A stretch of 64,000 nt of DNA from Tubiluchus corallicola (taxonomy: Eukaryota; Animalia; Priapulida). The stretch spans positions 310,001 to 374,000 of the forward strand of contig JAQGDQ010000081.1 of assembly GCA_030141605.1 (NCBI GenBank), read 5' to 3'. A program made the position numbers and the translations under genes. The notes under the pieces were generated by a model. It was not told where the DNA came from and made no database searches. It saw only the letters and a list, made by a program, of their open reading frames with translations. Positions within the stretch are counted from its first letter, which is position 1. Every line of letters starts with the position of its first letter. This document shows, piece after piece, positions 52,845 to 64,000 of this stretch.

Positions 52845-52960
52845 TTTTTGTTGTTGTTTTTGCTGCTGTTGCTGGTGGTGGTGCTGGTGGCGGCGGTTGC
52901 TGCTATTGCTGTTATTTTCGTCATCGTCGTCGTCATCATCGTCGTCGTCATCATCGTCAT
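52845..52960. repeat. Compound (TTG/CTG/TGG/TCG)n tract
   Basis: Direct inspection. Confidence 0.85.
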
Positions 52961-54014
52961 TAATAACATTTATTATTAAATTTTGATCAGAAAAAATATT
53001 GACTAGTGTCCACTTGATGCTAGTGTTAACTATTGATTTAATATTTAATTGACATAACAATTACGAAGTGCAAATTTTTAATACAAAAAACCTAATTTCA
53101 AATTTATGTACAACGTATTGTTCCTGAGTTTTGAAATATGAGATTTTCCTCCTAATAACTTTCTTAATTCTTCTCTAATAGCCTGTCATTTGCAGCTGAT
53201 TTCATACAAACCATTAATGGATGCCGCTGTTGTGTGTAAGATTATGCGGGCGTCTTTGAGTGAAAGCATTAATTCTATAATGCTGTTGAACTTTCAACAA
53301 GATTTTCCCTTTAAAGTTCGATGTCTTATTCGCTACTATAATTGTCAATAAATTAGGCCTATTCTGCATTATGGTATTATGGGTAAATTTTCTCAGGTCC
53401 GGTTTAATAAAGAAGCCGTGTTTCCTCTTTGTCGGCAATGTACCAGTGATCACCATGTCATAGGGCTCCACATCTGTTGCTGTTTTACTCGATCCTCATT
53501 AAGCAGTTAGCACTCGCTCGGCCGATCTTGTTAACTGAAATCTGATCTCCTCTTGGACCTACTAATGTCAGTTCCTGATGTGACTGATGTCATTGTCACC
53601 GCGTATGTTTGTAATTCGACATTGCTTACTTGCTTTTCTTGTATGTCATACATGATTGATGTTTGGACACTACCAGAGTGGTGGGACATTGTCTTTGCAT
53701 GCTCTTGACCTTGTTTTATGCAGTCTGTTGAATGGTATTTTGAAATCACGAAAGTCTCAGATGATGGTATTGATGGTTCACCTCATTTGTACGTTTCATC
53801 CGTTACCATGTCGTCCACACGTACCCCGTTTCCTAAACTGGAATAAAGGAAAGATTTGTAAATTTTTATCTACGCCCTTTTCCCATACGATAGACAAGTG
53901 TTCATAAAATGCATAACGTGCTGCAATATGCATGTTAGCAAGCGAAACCTCAGAAGATTAGTAGATTAGAAATAGAAATAGAAGGTTAAAAATGTCTATC
54001 TCCTTCTGTTCCCC

Positions 54015-54130
54015 TTCTCTCATTCCTCTCTCTGTCTCTTTCTCTCCTTCTTTCTCTTTCTGTGTGTGTGTGTGTGTGTGCGCGTGTGTGTGCGCGCGTG
54101 CGTGCGTGCGTCTGTCTCTCTCTTTCTCTT
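54015..54130. repeat. (CT)n/(TG)n/(GC)n compound microsatellite
   Basis: Direct inspection. Confidence 0.85.
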
Positions 54131-57100
54131 TATCTCACTATGTTTTTCCCTATTATCCCTTCTTTCCATTTCTGTTTTAGTATGTATCTTAGCGAAGTGA
54201 TGCTGGTGACTAAAGACTTCTTATTTATCTACCATTTATATACCGCAATTCGTAATAAAGTTTATTTGCTGAGTAAACGCACGTGTTCTGGCACATATGG
54301 CGAGGGTCACTTGCCAAACAAAATACTCCTACATTCCGTGCTTGCTTATTTGATATCGACAGACGTAGTCTGCTGTGCCAGACCTAACGTGGACGCTGGT
54401 CAAGGATTAACTCTTTCTTGCTCAGTATACGTGTTGTGTTTGCGCCATAGCCGGAGCGACTAGAACTTTGGTTCGCACTTGAGAAAGGATTCGAGGAAAA
54501 AAGTTATTCTGTGAGCGTTTTCAGATTTTAGTTTTACTATTGACTATTTATTGTACGTGTTTGTATAAGTTGGAACTTGAATATTTCGAAAATTATCAGA
54601 TATTGATATCAACTGATATTTTCTTATTTGGACGTGCCCTTGACCGTAAGAGACAAAAGTTTAACACGTATATGTGAGTACATCATTATGTTATTAAATT
54701 TATAATTTCGCATGGCAAGGATAGTGATAAATATATATAACCTTATTTATGAGTACCTTGATAATTTTGTAATCGGGGTATTATTTTATAAGATGTCTGT
54801 CAAAAAATCTAATTTAATTTAATATAGTACCAGGAAAAGCATATTAATGACTCGGCGTAGCCTTAAAATAGCCTAAAAAGTGCGTTTGATGAAATTGTAT
54901 ATCAATTAGTAATTACTTCCTGCAGTTGTAAATACTGATGACTCACCGCCCCCATTTAACATTTTCTTAACTCCTTAACCGGCTTAACGCTTATAACTTT
55001 TACGGAGCTAGGTAGTCTGGCAGTCAATATCTAGTATCGAAGCTTGTTTTAAAGATCATTTTCCAAATTTGAGATGATAAACTGAATTGAGATGTATTAG
55101 AACGAAGTGTGCAGAAATTTATGAAGAGTAGAAATAATTTAAGACAGGAACTAGAGTGAAAACGGAATTCCTGCCGGCTGGCAATAATTATAAATTTCAG
55201 GAGTTCAAATCTTGAAAAGCAAGCTTTTTCAAATCACTGTTTCTATTATACGGAATGCATTTCATCATTCTAAAATTTGTTAAACAAAATTTTAATGAAT
55301 GGATTTATTTGATTATTAAAATATGGTATCTCAAAATAAATTATTCGGTTGCAAGTGTAAAACTCAAGAGAATGCAAAACTCTCTCAATATTCAAAGTGC
55401 GAGAAAAAGCACTTTTTTACTTCGGCGCTTCTGCATGCGTTTTATTACACTCAATAAACTTGTGAACAAACATCGGCGCATTTCTTCTTTTTATTCTCTT
55501 GTTTTTCATAAATGGCAGCTCGTTACTAGATTGAAGCGACCATTATTGAAAGAAAATACGACTCAGCTGTTGCACAAAGCGAGTCTACTGGGAACTTACA
55601 GTTCATAAAGTTTCTTATGTCCGTTGCTATTCTAAAGTTAAATTGTGAGTGAATTGTTGTGTGAAATAGCTGTGAAAAGGGCATTAGTCTGTCACAAGTT
55701 TTATTCAAGTTCTAATGTAAAATTAACGAACCAATTAAATAGACGTGATTATCTATTGTTTCGTTTATACCTATTGGAAAGTCTAAAGTTGTAAAGCCTT
55801 GGTAATGCAGTACTTGCTTAAAGCGACGGCAGTTCAGTTAGACGGACAAGCTGGAAGCACATGATTCAAACACCGGCTTGAGAAATTGTGCGTTTTCTGT
55901 TTTTGGCTATTAAACGTAACAGAAGACGATAGAAAACACAATAGAAACAAGCATATACGCTACTATAACTATTCGTCATACACAATCAGTTGACTCTATT
56001 TGTAGGAAAAACATACAGAGATTATTAAAATTCGTGGATAAAAGCCATAATGAAAACTGGCTGTAATTTATAAGTTAGGTAATAAAATATCAATGCACGT
56101 CAGCATATCTAATTATTTGTATCGTGTTTTCTTAAACACTGTTTTTAAATTATCTTATATTTTAAATATCTTGAGCGATGCTATCGCCATCTGTCGGTTA
56201 AATGGCTTCCATTCGAGGTCTGAATAGCTGTAATGGATGTGCAAGAACATTAGTAATTAGATACATTGACAATTTTAATCCAGAAAATGCGCCTTGTTGG
56301 ATGTGACAGGATTAAGGGCGGAGATTCATTTCCACTATCACAACACGGCTATCGTTATCACTGTTAAATCGCACATCCGGGCTTCAGTATTCGAGAAAGT
56401 GCAGCTTAAATATAACTCGCACGTCTCCTGCCTCCTGTAGTTTTTGTCCTATTTAACTTAAAGGCAGTTCAGGAATACAAAACATAAAAAACACAACATT
56501 GAAAACAACCATAAACAGCAGGAAAGACTTATTGCCTGATAATCTTAAGGTCAGGATTGTTATTAATGGCGACCAGTACACATTCACTTAATTAAATTTT
56601 GATAACAAACTAGAAATAACAAACAATTACAACTTTTTCACATTCCTTGTCTTTCAGGTTTGGTATCAAAATCTAATTAATTGTGAGTTTGTATCATCAC
56701 AACAAAAAGAAAAACGTGAAACAAGCGTTTCGTTCGCTATACTTTGCAGGATTGTTCACATATCTAAATTTGTATCAAGTCCAATGCAATGGGTTGTCAC
56801 AAGTTTATGCTCTCGGTCCGCCCATGTCATAGTTTAATATGCGATTTCACTTTTGTTTTTGTGTGGTTCTGTTCAGGATGGCAATCTATATTTGTACCAC
56901 AGTTTAGCGCACGAGTTTGCTTTTGCTGGTGTGTAATTTCCTTTAAGCCTTTTGACAAATTTGTATCAGCGTTTGTAGTGCACGCAGTGCACAGAAAACA
57001 CCATCCTGCGTTGTCCATCGGGTGAGGGACTTTGTGCTTGTTGTGTTTGATCGTTTGGTGTACGATTTTGCTTTTTCTCTCGTGCGATTTCGCTCAATTT

Positions 57101-60074
57101 CCGTTTCCCATTTCAGTTTTCTTTAGAAAGTTTGTTCACTGCAGAGGTGACCTTTCTAAAGCAGTTTTATTCCACAACCAAGAAATTTTGTTGTGAAAAT
57201 GTGCATGAGCAGGAAATTGAAGAACAAAGCGGACACTATTTGATTACCGTTTTTAAATTTAATTACGCTAAACGTTGCAGCTTTCGGAGGCGTTTTTCCC
57301 AACTTACAGACGCAAATGAATAGCCAGCCATCCGTAGTAATTAGATTAATTAGTACTGGGGTGATTAAGATGAGAAAATGACGGATATCTTCGCTGATAA
57401 TCTGTCATTACGCTTTAATATTATGCTTTTTCACCATTGTGCATTATTGATGACGCCTGGTCTGCTGCTGTGATAGCAACGTGTGGAACATACAAACAGG
57501 TTTCATATTAAGATTTCTTTATTACTTAATGTGTATGTAATGTGAAATGTTGATCAGTTAATGAATCTTGCTAACAGATTTTAACTTTTAACAAGATTTC
57601 TCAGGCGTTGGTAATTAATATGTCTGATAGAATTTAGGATTAAGAGCTGTTTTGAGAGCACCAACCTTTTGTGGTTTACCGTTTAGAACGCTTAATTTGG
57701 TCTAACTCTTTATTGTATGGCGGTAAGAAAACAAAAAAAAAAACTATTTTTTGAGAACCGAAATGCTAGGATGTGCATTTTGATTATAAGATTTAGGATG
57801 TTTATGTGATCAAGGCGTTAAGCAAATCACTTTCCAAGAAATCGCTCATTCAAGTAGTGTAGCACCTTTCAGTCAGCTAGCTTTGTCAATTCAATCGAAC
57901 TTTTGGTCGGTATGTTTGTCTATTGGTCAGCCAGTCAAACAGTAAATCAGTTAGTCAGCGCGTCAGCGACTCACTTGTTTCTTTAGATGACAAGTTTTTA
58001 GTTGGGACGAACCGACTGACTAGAAACCTGCAAGCCCATTACAAGCCCACCATTTTACCCTCCTCCTGACTAACCAACTGGCCTGCTTGTTTACTAACAA
58101 GTCGAGCAACTACACGACTGCACGGCCAAGCAGCTGTACCATTGTCAACTCTTGGACTTGCTATTCTTTCTTCTACCCATTTGGCAGTCGTTCTTTCTGT
58201 TATTCAAAATTTAAAAATGCGATATAGAGAGCTGACATGGTGTTATAATGGTTTTACTGCTGCTACTAACGTGAGCAAAACATCACCCAGTAACAGATGT
58301 TTCAATCAGACATAAAACATTCACCCTGTTTATGGACTTCAACAATGAAGCGGATAAATTAGAGCTCATTACTAGCCCGTTCGGCATCTTCCCGTTCCCA
58401 TGGCAACCGTGAAAGCATCAGGTGGTCGCGGGAGATGCCATTTGCACATTTCGTTTGGTTTATATGGATTTATGATGTGATATTAGAGATATTAGAAGGA
58501 TTCTGCTCAATTCGTCGACCGCTGCTAATCAAATTTATCATCGGATTGAGATGTGTTATTATTTAATCAATATGGCGGCTCGGCATTGGAGAAAAATGTC
58601 AAAAGAAAAGATCGAATAACAGGAAAACAATCAGCATCAGTAAATATTATAGTAGCCAGCCTTTGTTTTACCTGCTTACAGTTCTGAAAGTCTTTGGTCA
58701 AAAAGTTCTTTTACTTTTGAAGCGTTTAAGGGTTACTTCTTTACTTCGCTTTGATTTCTAATAATTTCGATTCCACAAACTTTATAAATTACCAGTCAGG
58801 CTACTAGGTACTTAGGTTACAGGCTGCTAGGAACTAGGCTTTCACGAAGTATCATTTCGCGACTCTAACTGAAATGCCTAACAGGGGTAGCATAGGCATC
58901 ATGGTATCCAGTTACGCTTAATGTTTTTCATTTGTATCATGTAGACTAATACATTTAATTGAATGAAGAGGAAGTTATGTAACTCTGCCCATAGCGTTTT
59001 GGCCGCAGCTTACGAATACTATCAAGTGTGCATTCATCTTTACCAAGGAGATCTTGAAATATTCTAAACTCGATGCAGGTGCCATTGTTAAACTAGACTA
59101 CTATGAAAAATTGCGTGCTCTTTCACGAGCTTTCATAAAGCATCACGTCTGGCTCGCAGTTGGCAATCATCTGTGCAGTGTGTACTGCTGATCAACAGTC
59201 GATAACAGCTCGTTTTATCCTTTCACAATATCAGCACTAATTCGACTTCACAATTTCATCTCCTTTAAACCGCGTTTGCATATTTTCTGTTGTGAAGATT
59301 TTCTGACGGTAATTGCTTGTCAGCGGAGGCTTAAAGCAAATTCTAATTACGGTCGCTTTGGGGGCGGATTCATGTCTCTCAAGAATCTTTTCATAACGGG
59401 TAACGGGCGAATTCAGGTTCCTTTGTCACTTTTGGACGCAGGATGCAGATTGGAGAATGCAGGACTTCCCTATTAAACTGATTCTGGAGCAGCAAATTAC
59501 AAAATTGATATTGGATCGCTTTTGGAATTCAAGTTGTCAAGCCTTTGGTTTAGAGTATTTAGAGTTTAGAAAATGTGCTGGCTGATCTTTATGAGGTGGA
59601 GTGTCTAAACATTATTTTCATTTTTATCAACATTAATTATTTTTATTGCTGTTATTATGAAAGTAAACGTCAGATCATCCAAAATGATTGCATTTTAAGC
59701 CAAACTTTAAAGAAAAATAATTAAGAATCTGCAAAAATAAAACAAAATTAAAAATCTTGTGCTAATTTTATTTATCAAAATAAATTCATAATAATCCTCC
59801 GTTGGTCTACGATGGTTCTTTTACTTGAGCATCTATAAGCAGCCTAAAGTGGCCAAACACTTCTGCTGATTCATTAGAGGACTCTGTTTAATAAAGACCT
59901 AGATTTTGGTCTGGCTACAGTAATTTACATTGAGCAGGCTTTGTTGTTTTGTGATACCTTACAGCTGCCGTGTTTTGTAAATTAATAATGAAAAATGTTG
60001 GAACATTTGGGAAAGAAGAGGTCTTGGTCTTGTTCTTCTTGGTCGTGATAATTATTAAAACTTATAAACTGCTG

Positions 60075-60352
60075 TTAAAGTGTCCACCAAAAAGCTGTAA
60101 ATAAGCGTATAGAATCGTTTTCTTTTTTACAGAAAGCTAAGACCAGTATACGAAGTCGAATATTACTATCCTGGTGCACTTTAGAAAATCATGAGCTCTT
60201 TTTTCCCATAAGTTGTATTAAAGTGTCCACCAAAAAGCTGTAAATAAGCGTATAGAATCATTTTCTTTATTACACAAAGTTAAGACTAGTGTACTCGAAG
60301 TTGTCATAATAGTGCTGGCCCACTTTAAAAACAAACACGAGTTCTTTTTTCC
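60075..60352. repeat. 143-bp-period tandem duplication inside the D segment of U8
   Basis: 'ttaaagtgtccaccaaaaagctgtaaataagcgtatagaatc' is identical at 60075 and 60218. The remaining ~90 bp align with many mismatches. Confidence 0.9.
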
Positions 60353-61397
60353 TGCAGACCTGGCAAACGCTGCCATCCAACGGACAACGTCATCTAATTC
60401 CGCAAGAACGCAAAGAGACGAATAGCGGGATTTCAGCGATGGAGAGAAAACAGCATCGTAATCAGCCATGATTACCATTGAAGAGCCCACCGCTTGACAA
60501 ATTGATGGTTGCATTTGTGGTAATCATACGCAATTTGCTCGAAGAGCGCTTCAATTCAGGAAAAAACGTTGCTCATTTGTGTTTACGCGAGTACTGTGAC
60601 ATTTTCCGAATTATCTTACCTTCGTCAAAATGGGCGTCTTCTACTCTACAGTCTCCTCCCAAAGAGTGGGCTTTTGTTGTCATTGGGTAATCAAAGTTAT
60701 GCTATTGATAGATGTTGATCTGAGTGATATATAATAAGGTACTCATTGACTCTGTAAGTTACTTTTCCACTAAAGATAACATCTGAAAATATGACATATT
60801 TAGTGACTAAGTGACTTTTCAAGGACTTCACACAGCTGACTGATAAACCCGTACAAGAGAAATATTGGTTTGATGGGGCGAGCTCACTAAATGGGGAATT
60901 TCTGCCAATGTTTAGGTTCCGTCTCTTTAAGAAAAGCTGTAGAAATCAGCGTATTTCTAAATATAACAACAGTTTTACTCGCCGCAAAAAACAATTTGAT
61001 CCAGCATTCATAACAGAAATCCCCAGGAACGTTCCCGGAAGGGTACTAAAACCGGCGCGGCGGGACGTTATGAAGGTTATAAAATAGGGCAGTTAGTTTC
61101 CTGGGTTTGTTTTTACCGTGATTTTACAATGAGCAACTTCGTAAAAGCGCATAGTAAAACTGATACACGAGTTTGTTTTGGTAATGCACAGTTAATGATG
61201 AGCTTTATTTTGCACCTGGTCTCGTGTTGTGTAATGAAGCAGTAAAGAGGAATACGATCCCTTAAAAACCCGTGCGTCGGTTAACCCCCCCCCCCCAAGT
61301 GAAAAAAGCGTTTCTTGAAGTTTGCTAGTACTTAACATCGAGTGTATCGAGTGTTACAACTGTACTGAGTCTGATGCTGGCGGTGTTAGCAAGAGTG

Positions 61398-61431
61398 GTG
61401 TTGTTGCTGTTGTTGTTGTTGTTGTTGTTGT

Positions 61432-61480
<49 letters not shown>

Positions 61481-61532
61481 GATAATAATGCTGATACTGC
61501 TGCTATTGCTGCTGCTGCTAATGATGATGATG
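61398..61532. repeat. (TTG)n(GAT)n(CTG)n compound microsatellite
   Basis: Direct inspection. Confidence 0.95.
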
Positions 61533-62109
61533 ACAGAAAAAACAACGGTGGCAAATGGACAGCTTGAAATTGACTGTACGTAGCGCATAGATTGTATTAA
61601 TTTTTTTGATTTCTAGCTCTTAACTAAGCTGGTTTTGTTTTTGTTTTTATACAAATATAACATCAACTTTTTTGGCACAAAATAGGGCTGCGATGTATTA
61701 TGACCAGTACTTCAAGTTTTGTGACGCAGTTTCCGGGCTACAGAGGGTTAAGCCATTGTGGGCTTCCATAGAACACTCCGTTGCGGTCGATGCTTTGAGC
61801 AATAAATAAAGCCTCCCGTTTTTATTCGCGTTTTTATGTTTATGGGGCATTATCTTTCCTTGGTGTAACGTGAATAAATCACGACATTGGCTGATAACTG
61901 TCAACGAATGATCGACGTCGAGTGTCGGATGTTCCGGTGTCTTGAATCGTGAAGTGAAATTCGACGCGTTTTGGGCGTTTTTGGGACTCAGTCGAAATCT
62001 CTGTGCGTTTTTCCTTGATTAAGTCGTAAAAATTTAATGTGTACACTTAACTAAGTACCTTACTGGTTAGTCATTCAGAGAATCAAGGAGCGAATGAGTG
62101 ACCATTTGA

Positions 62110-62150
<41 letters not shown>

Positions 62151-62276
62151 TCACTCAGTCACTCAGTCAGTCAGTCAGTCAGTCAGTCAGTCAGTCAGTC
62201 AGTCAGTCAGTCAGTCAGTCAGTCAGTCAGTCAGTCAGTCAGTCAGTCAGTCAGTTAGTCAGTCAGTCAGTCAGTC
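62110..62276. repeat. (GCCA)n(GTCA)n tetranucleotide microsatellite
   Basis: Direct inspection. Confidence 0.95.
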
Positions 62277-64000
62277 GTCAGCATGAAACGCAAATGTCTA
62301 GCTACACAGTTTACACCTACTAAACCATTTTTTAACATCAGCTGATTAAATTCAAGTCGATTGTTAAACTTTTATCTTATAATTTTCTCTTTCTTTTATA
62401 ATTCACTACAATTCATTTCATTTTGCTGAACCGCTCGGATGGTGCATTAGTTTCATATTTTATCTCGTCAGAACGCATAAAGCTAATTCTGCAAAGAGCA
62501 TTCGGTCCGTCCGACGATGTTACAACTCATCAGGCAAAAAGCGCCAATTTGTTTCCGGTTCTGCTCTTCGGGGAAATTTGTGAACAATTCGCAGGAAAGA
62601 GTAAAGTGCGTGAACAGAATTATTTGCATGGTCTTCAGCAATATCAGTTGCTTTGCTCAAAGCAAGTGCCCACGACATAAGTCCATGTTGCACGCTAGTG
62701 CCATCATGCAGAATATGTGTGTATGTTATACACCAGTGGTGCAATTTGTGCACAAGAACATAGGCCTGTGTTGTACACTAGGACCATGACGTGATAGGCC
62801 TAGTTGCACCCTAGTGCCACAATGCATGCAATCACAATGGAGCGAAGTTATAATCGTCGAGCAATGTAATGGTCCATAGTTTCACTGAAATAGCCTTTTC
62901 ACAGTTCCAGCGATTGATGGTGATCGTAAAAGGTCAAAAGCTAAAAGGTCATTGTACATTTGACAATGCCTCGCAGCACATGCTAGTGTAATAGTAACAG
63001 TTTTAATAGCTAGAACCTTACCTAGTTCATTTTTCTTGTTCCCAAGCAAGATCCTACTAGTAAAACACTCTACGCGCAGACTAATGCATAATTAAGAAAC
63101 GTCCAGGTAAAATAACTGAAGATCCTGAACCGATATGGTTGATGGCTTTGCTTTACCCACATGTCACGTGACGGATGTATTTACAAGGAGTTGCTGCGGT
63201 ACGCTTAACCGTTGGCGTACAGCAACAGCGCGCGCGCACAACGAAACTGCGAAAAGGCTTATTAAGAGCCATAGAGGGACTGGTGTCTTCTTTCTGACTT
63301 TGTCATTGTCCTCTCAAAGAAGATTATTACTTAAATCAGAGACAATGCCCTTTAATCAAAAATGAAACAACTAGATTTGGTGTAAACAATATTCCAATCA
63401 GGATTTTGTACTCACATTAGGAAACTTTTTTCTGCAAATCGTGATAATTCTTTCAAAGACCCCACCACCATTAAAAAGTACACAATTCCATTTTAGTGTA
63501 CTTTACTTTTTACTCACTATCTATTACTTATTTACCCTTTTTTTACTAGTTCCCTTTTTCTTTCTCATTACTTTTTGTAAAGAGCTTCCCTAGAGTCAAC
63601 CTTTGCATGACTATTTGCAGTTCTAACAAGCTGTATGCCTCGTCTGCTACATATTATTAATAATTAACATCAGAAATTCAGTCAGATGTCGAAACTATTT
63701 GGAAGTATTTCAATAGCAACAATAATGACGTTGTCAGCTACTGGCCATTGTTTTTGGAAGCACTGTCTATTTTTGGATAGTTTGGAGAACCGAGCTACAC
63801 TGCAGATGCTGCAAACACATGTGGCAAAATAAATTTTTCTAAGGGCCAATTTTGCGTCTTTGTTGCTGGTGTCGTCTGATTAAATTCAACTTTTCTTCTG
63901 TTCATTAATTTTTATGGTGTTCATCGTGTTCAAGGGAGCGTGCAGACTCGGACTGAAATTGCAGTGAGTTGGCATCTACACTAATTACTTTTATAGCTCT

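Larger units (their letters stand above)
50250..55954 (-). pseudogene. Array unit U7: decayed gene for an uncharacterised secreted Cys-containing protein
   Basis: ATG at 55954 opens signal-like 'MLVSIVFSIVFCYV**'. A: 'TCDRLMPFSQLFHTTIHSQFNFRIA..CKFPVDSLC' (55526-55708) aligns ungapped with U2 'ICNKVGSFLPANFESPYSDFSWFLA'. C-like: 'VFCLASDPRHMCQNTC' (~54280-54330). D: 'KGKILLKVQQHY' (~53278-53315) and 'SIGCNFNHSAC' (~52690-52720). E: 'ERFSLLKQFGNYY' (~52215-52255). F-side: 'SACISETHCTENRR' (~50722-50765). Confidence 0.75.
56780..64000 (-). pseudogene. Array unit U8 (5' end beyond the window): decayed gene for an uncharacterised Cys-containing protein
   Basis: C: 'EPETNWRFLP' (~62530-62562). 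D: 'CQVCRKKELVFVFKVGQHYY' (~60306-60366). E: 'IGKSCILQSASC' (~59440-59474) and 'MKL*SRISADIVKG' (~59218-59260). F: 'WYKYRLPS*TEPHKNK' (~56852-56900). Confidence 0.7.

Noticed and set aside
56658-56672. 'tttcag|GTT TGG TAT CAA AAT' (VWYQN) resembling a homeobox helix-3 exon start
   Set aside because: It is followed by LINC instead of RR.K, and no helix 1-2 exon was found upstream. Probably chance.
60400-60690. 'GGLFNGNH' here and 'EALSYAM' at ~12.0 kb as class C GPCR ligand-binding-domain motifs
   Set aside because: The matches are short, not conserved across units and in the wrong order, and no 7TM region was seen.

Overview
AT-rich eukaryotic (most likely invertebrate animal) genomic DNA, rich in microsatellites, with one 100-N scaffold gap. 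I found no intact, recognisable protein-coding gene; most listed ORFs are microsatellite translations or antisense noise. Hand translation of the minus strand through stops and frameshifts shows that almost the whole window (~2.4 kb to beyond 64 kb) is a head-to-tail array of about nine highly diverged paralogous multi-exon units (U0-U8, ~3.5-8 kb each). The segments recur in the same order: a signal-peptide-like start, Cys/Trp-containing segments A, B and C that resemble each other, segments D and E that resemble each other, and a terminal segment F. Every copy I read carries in-frame stops, frameshifts or insertions, so this looks like a collectively pseudogenised family of large secreted Cys-containing proteins that I cannot assign to a known family. 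Also present: a decayed RTE-type LINE fragment, tRNA-like (SINE-head) remnants, local duplications and a hairpin. Unit and exon boundaries are approximate and all alignments were made by eye.
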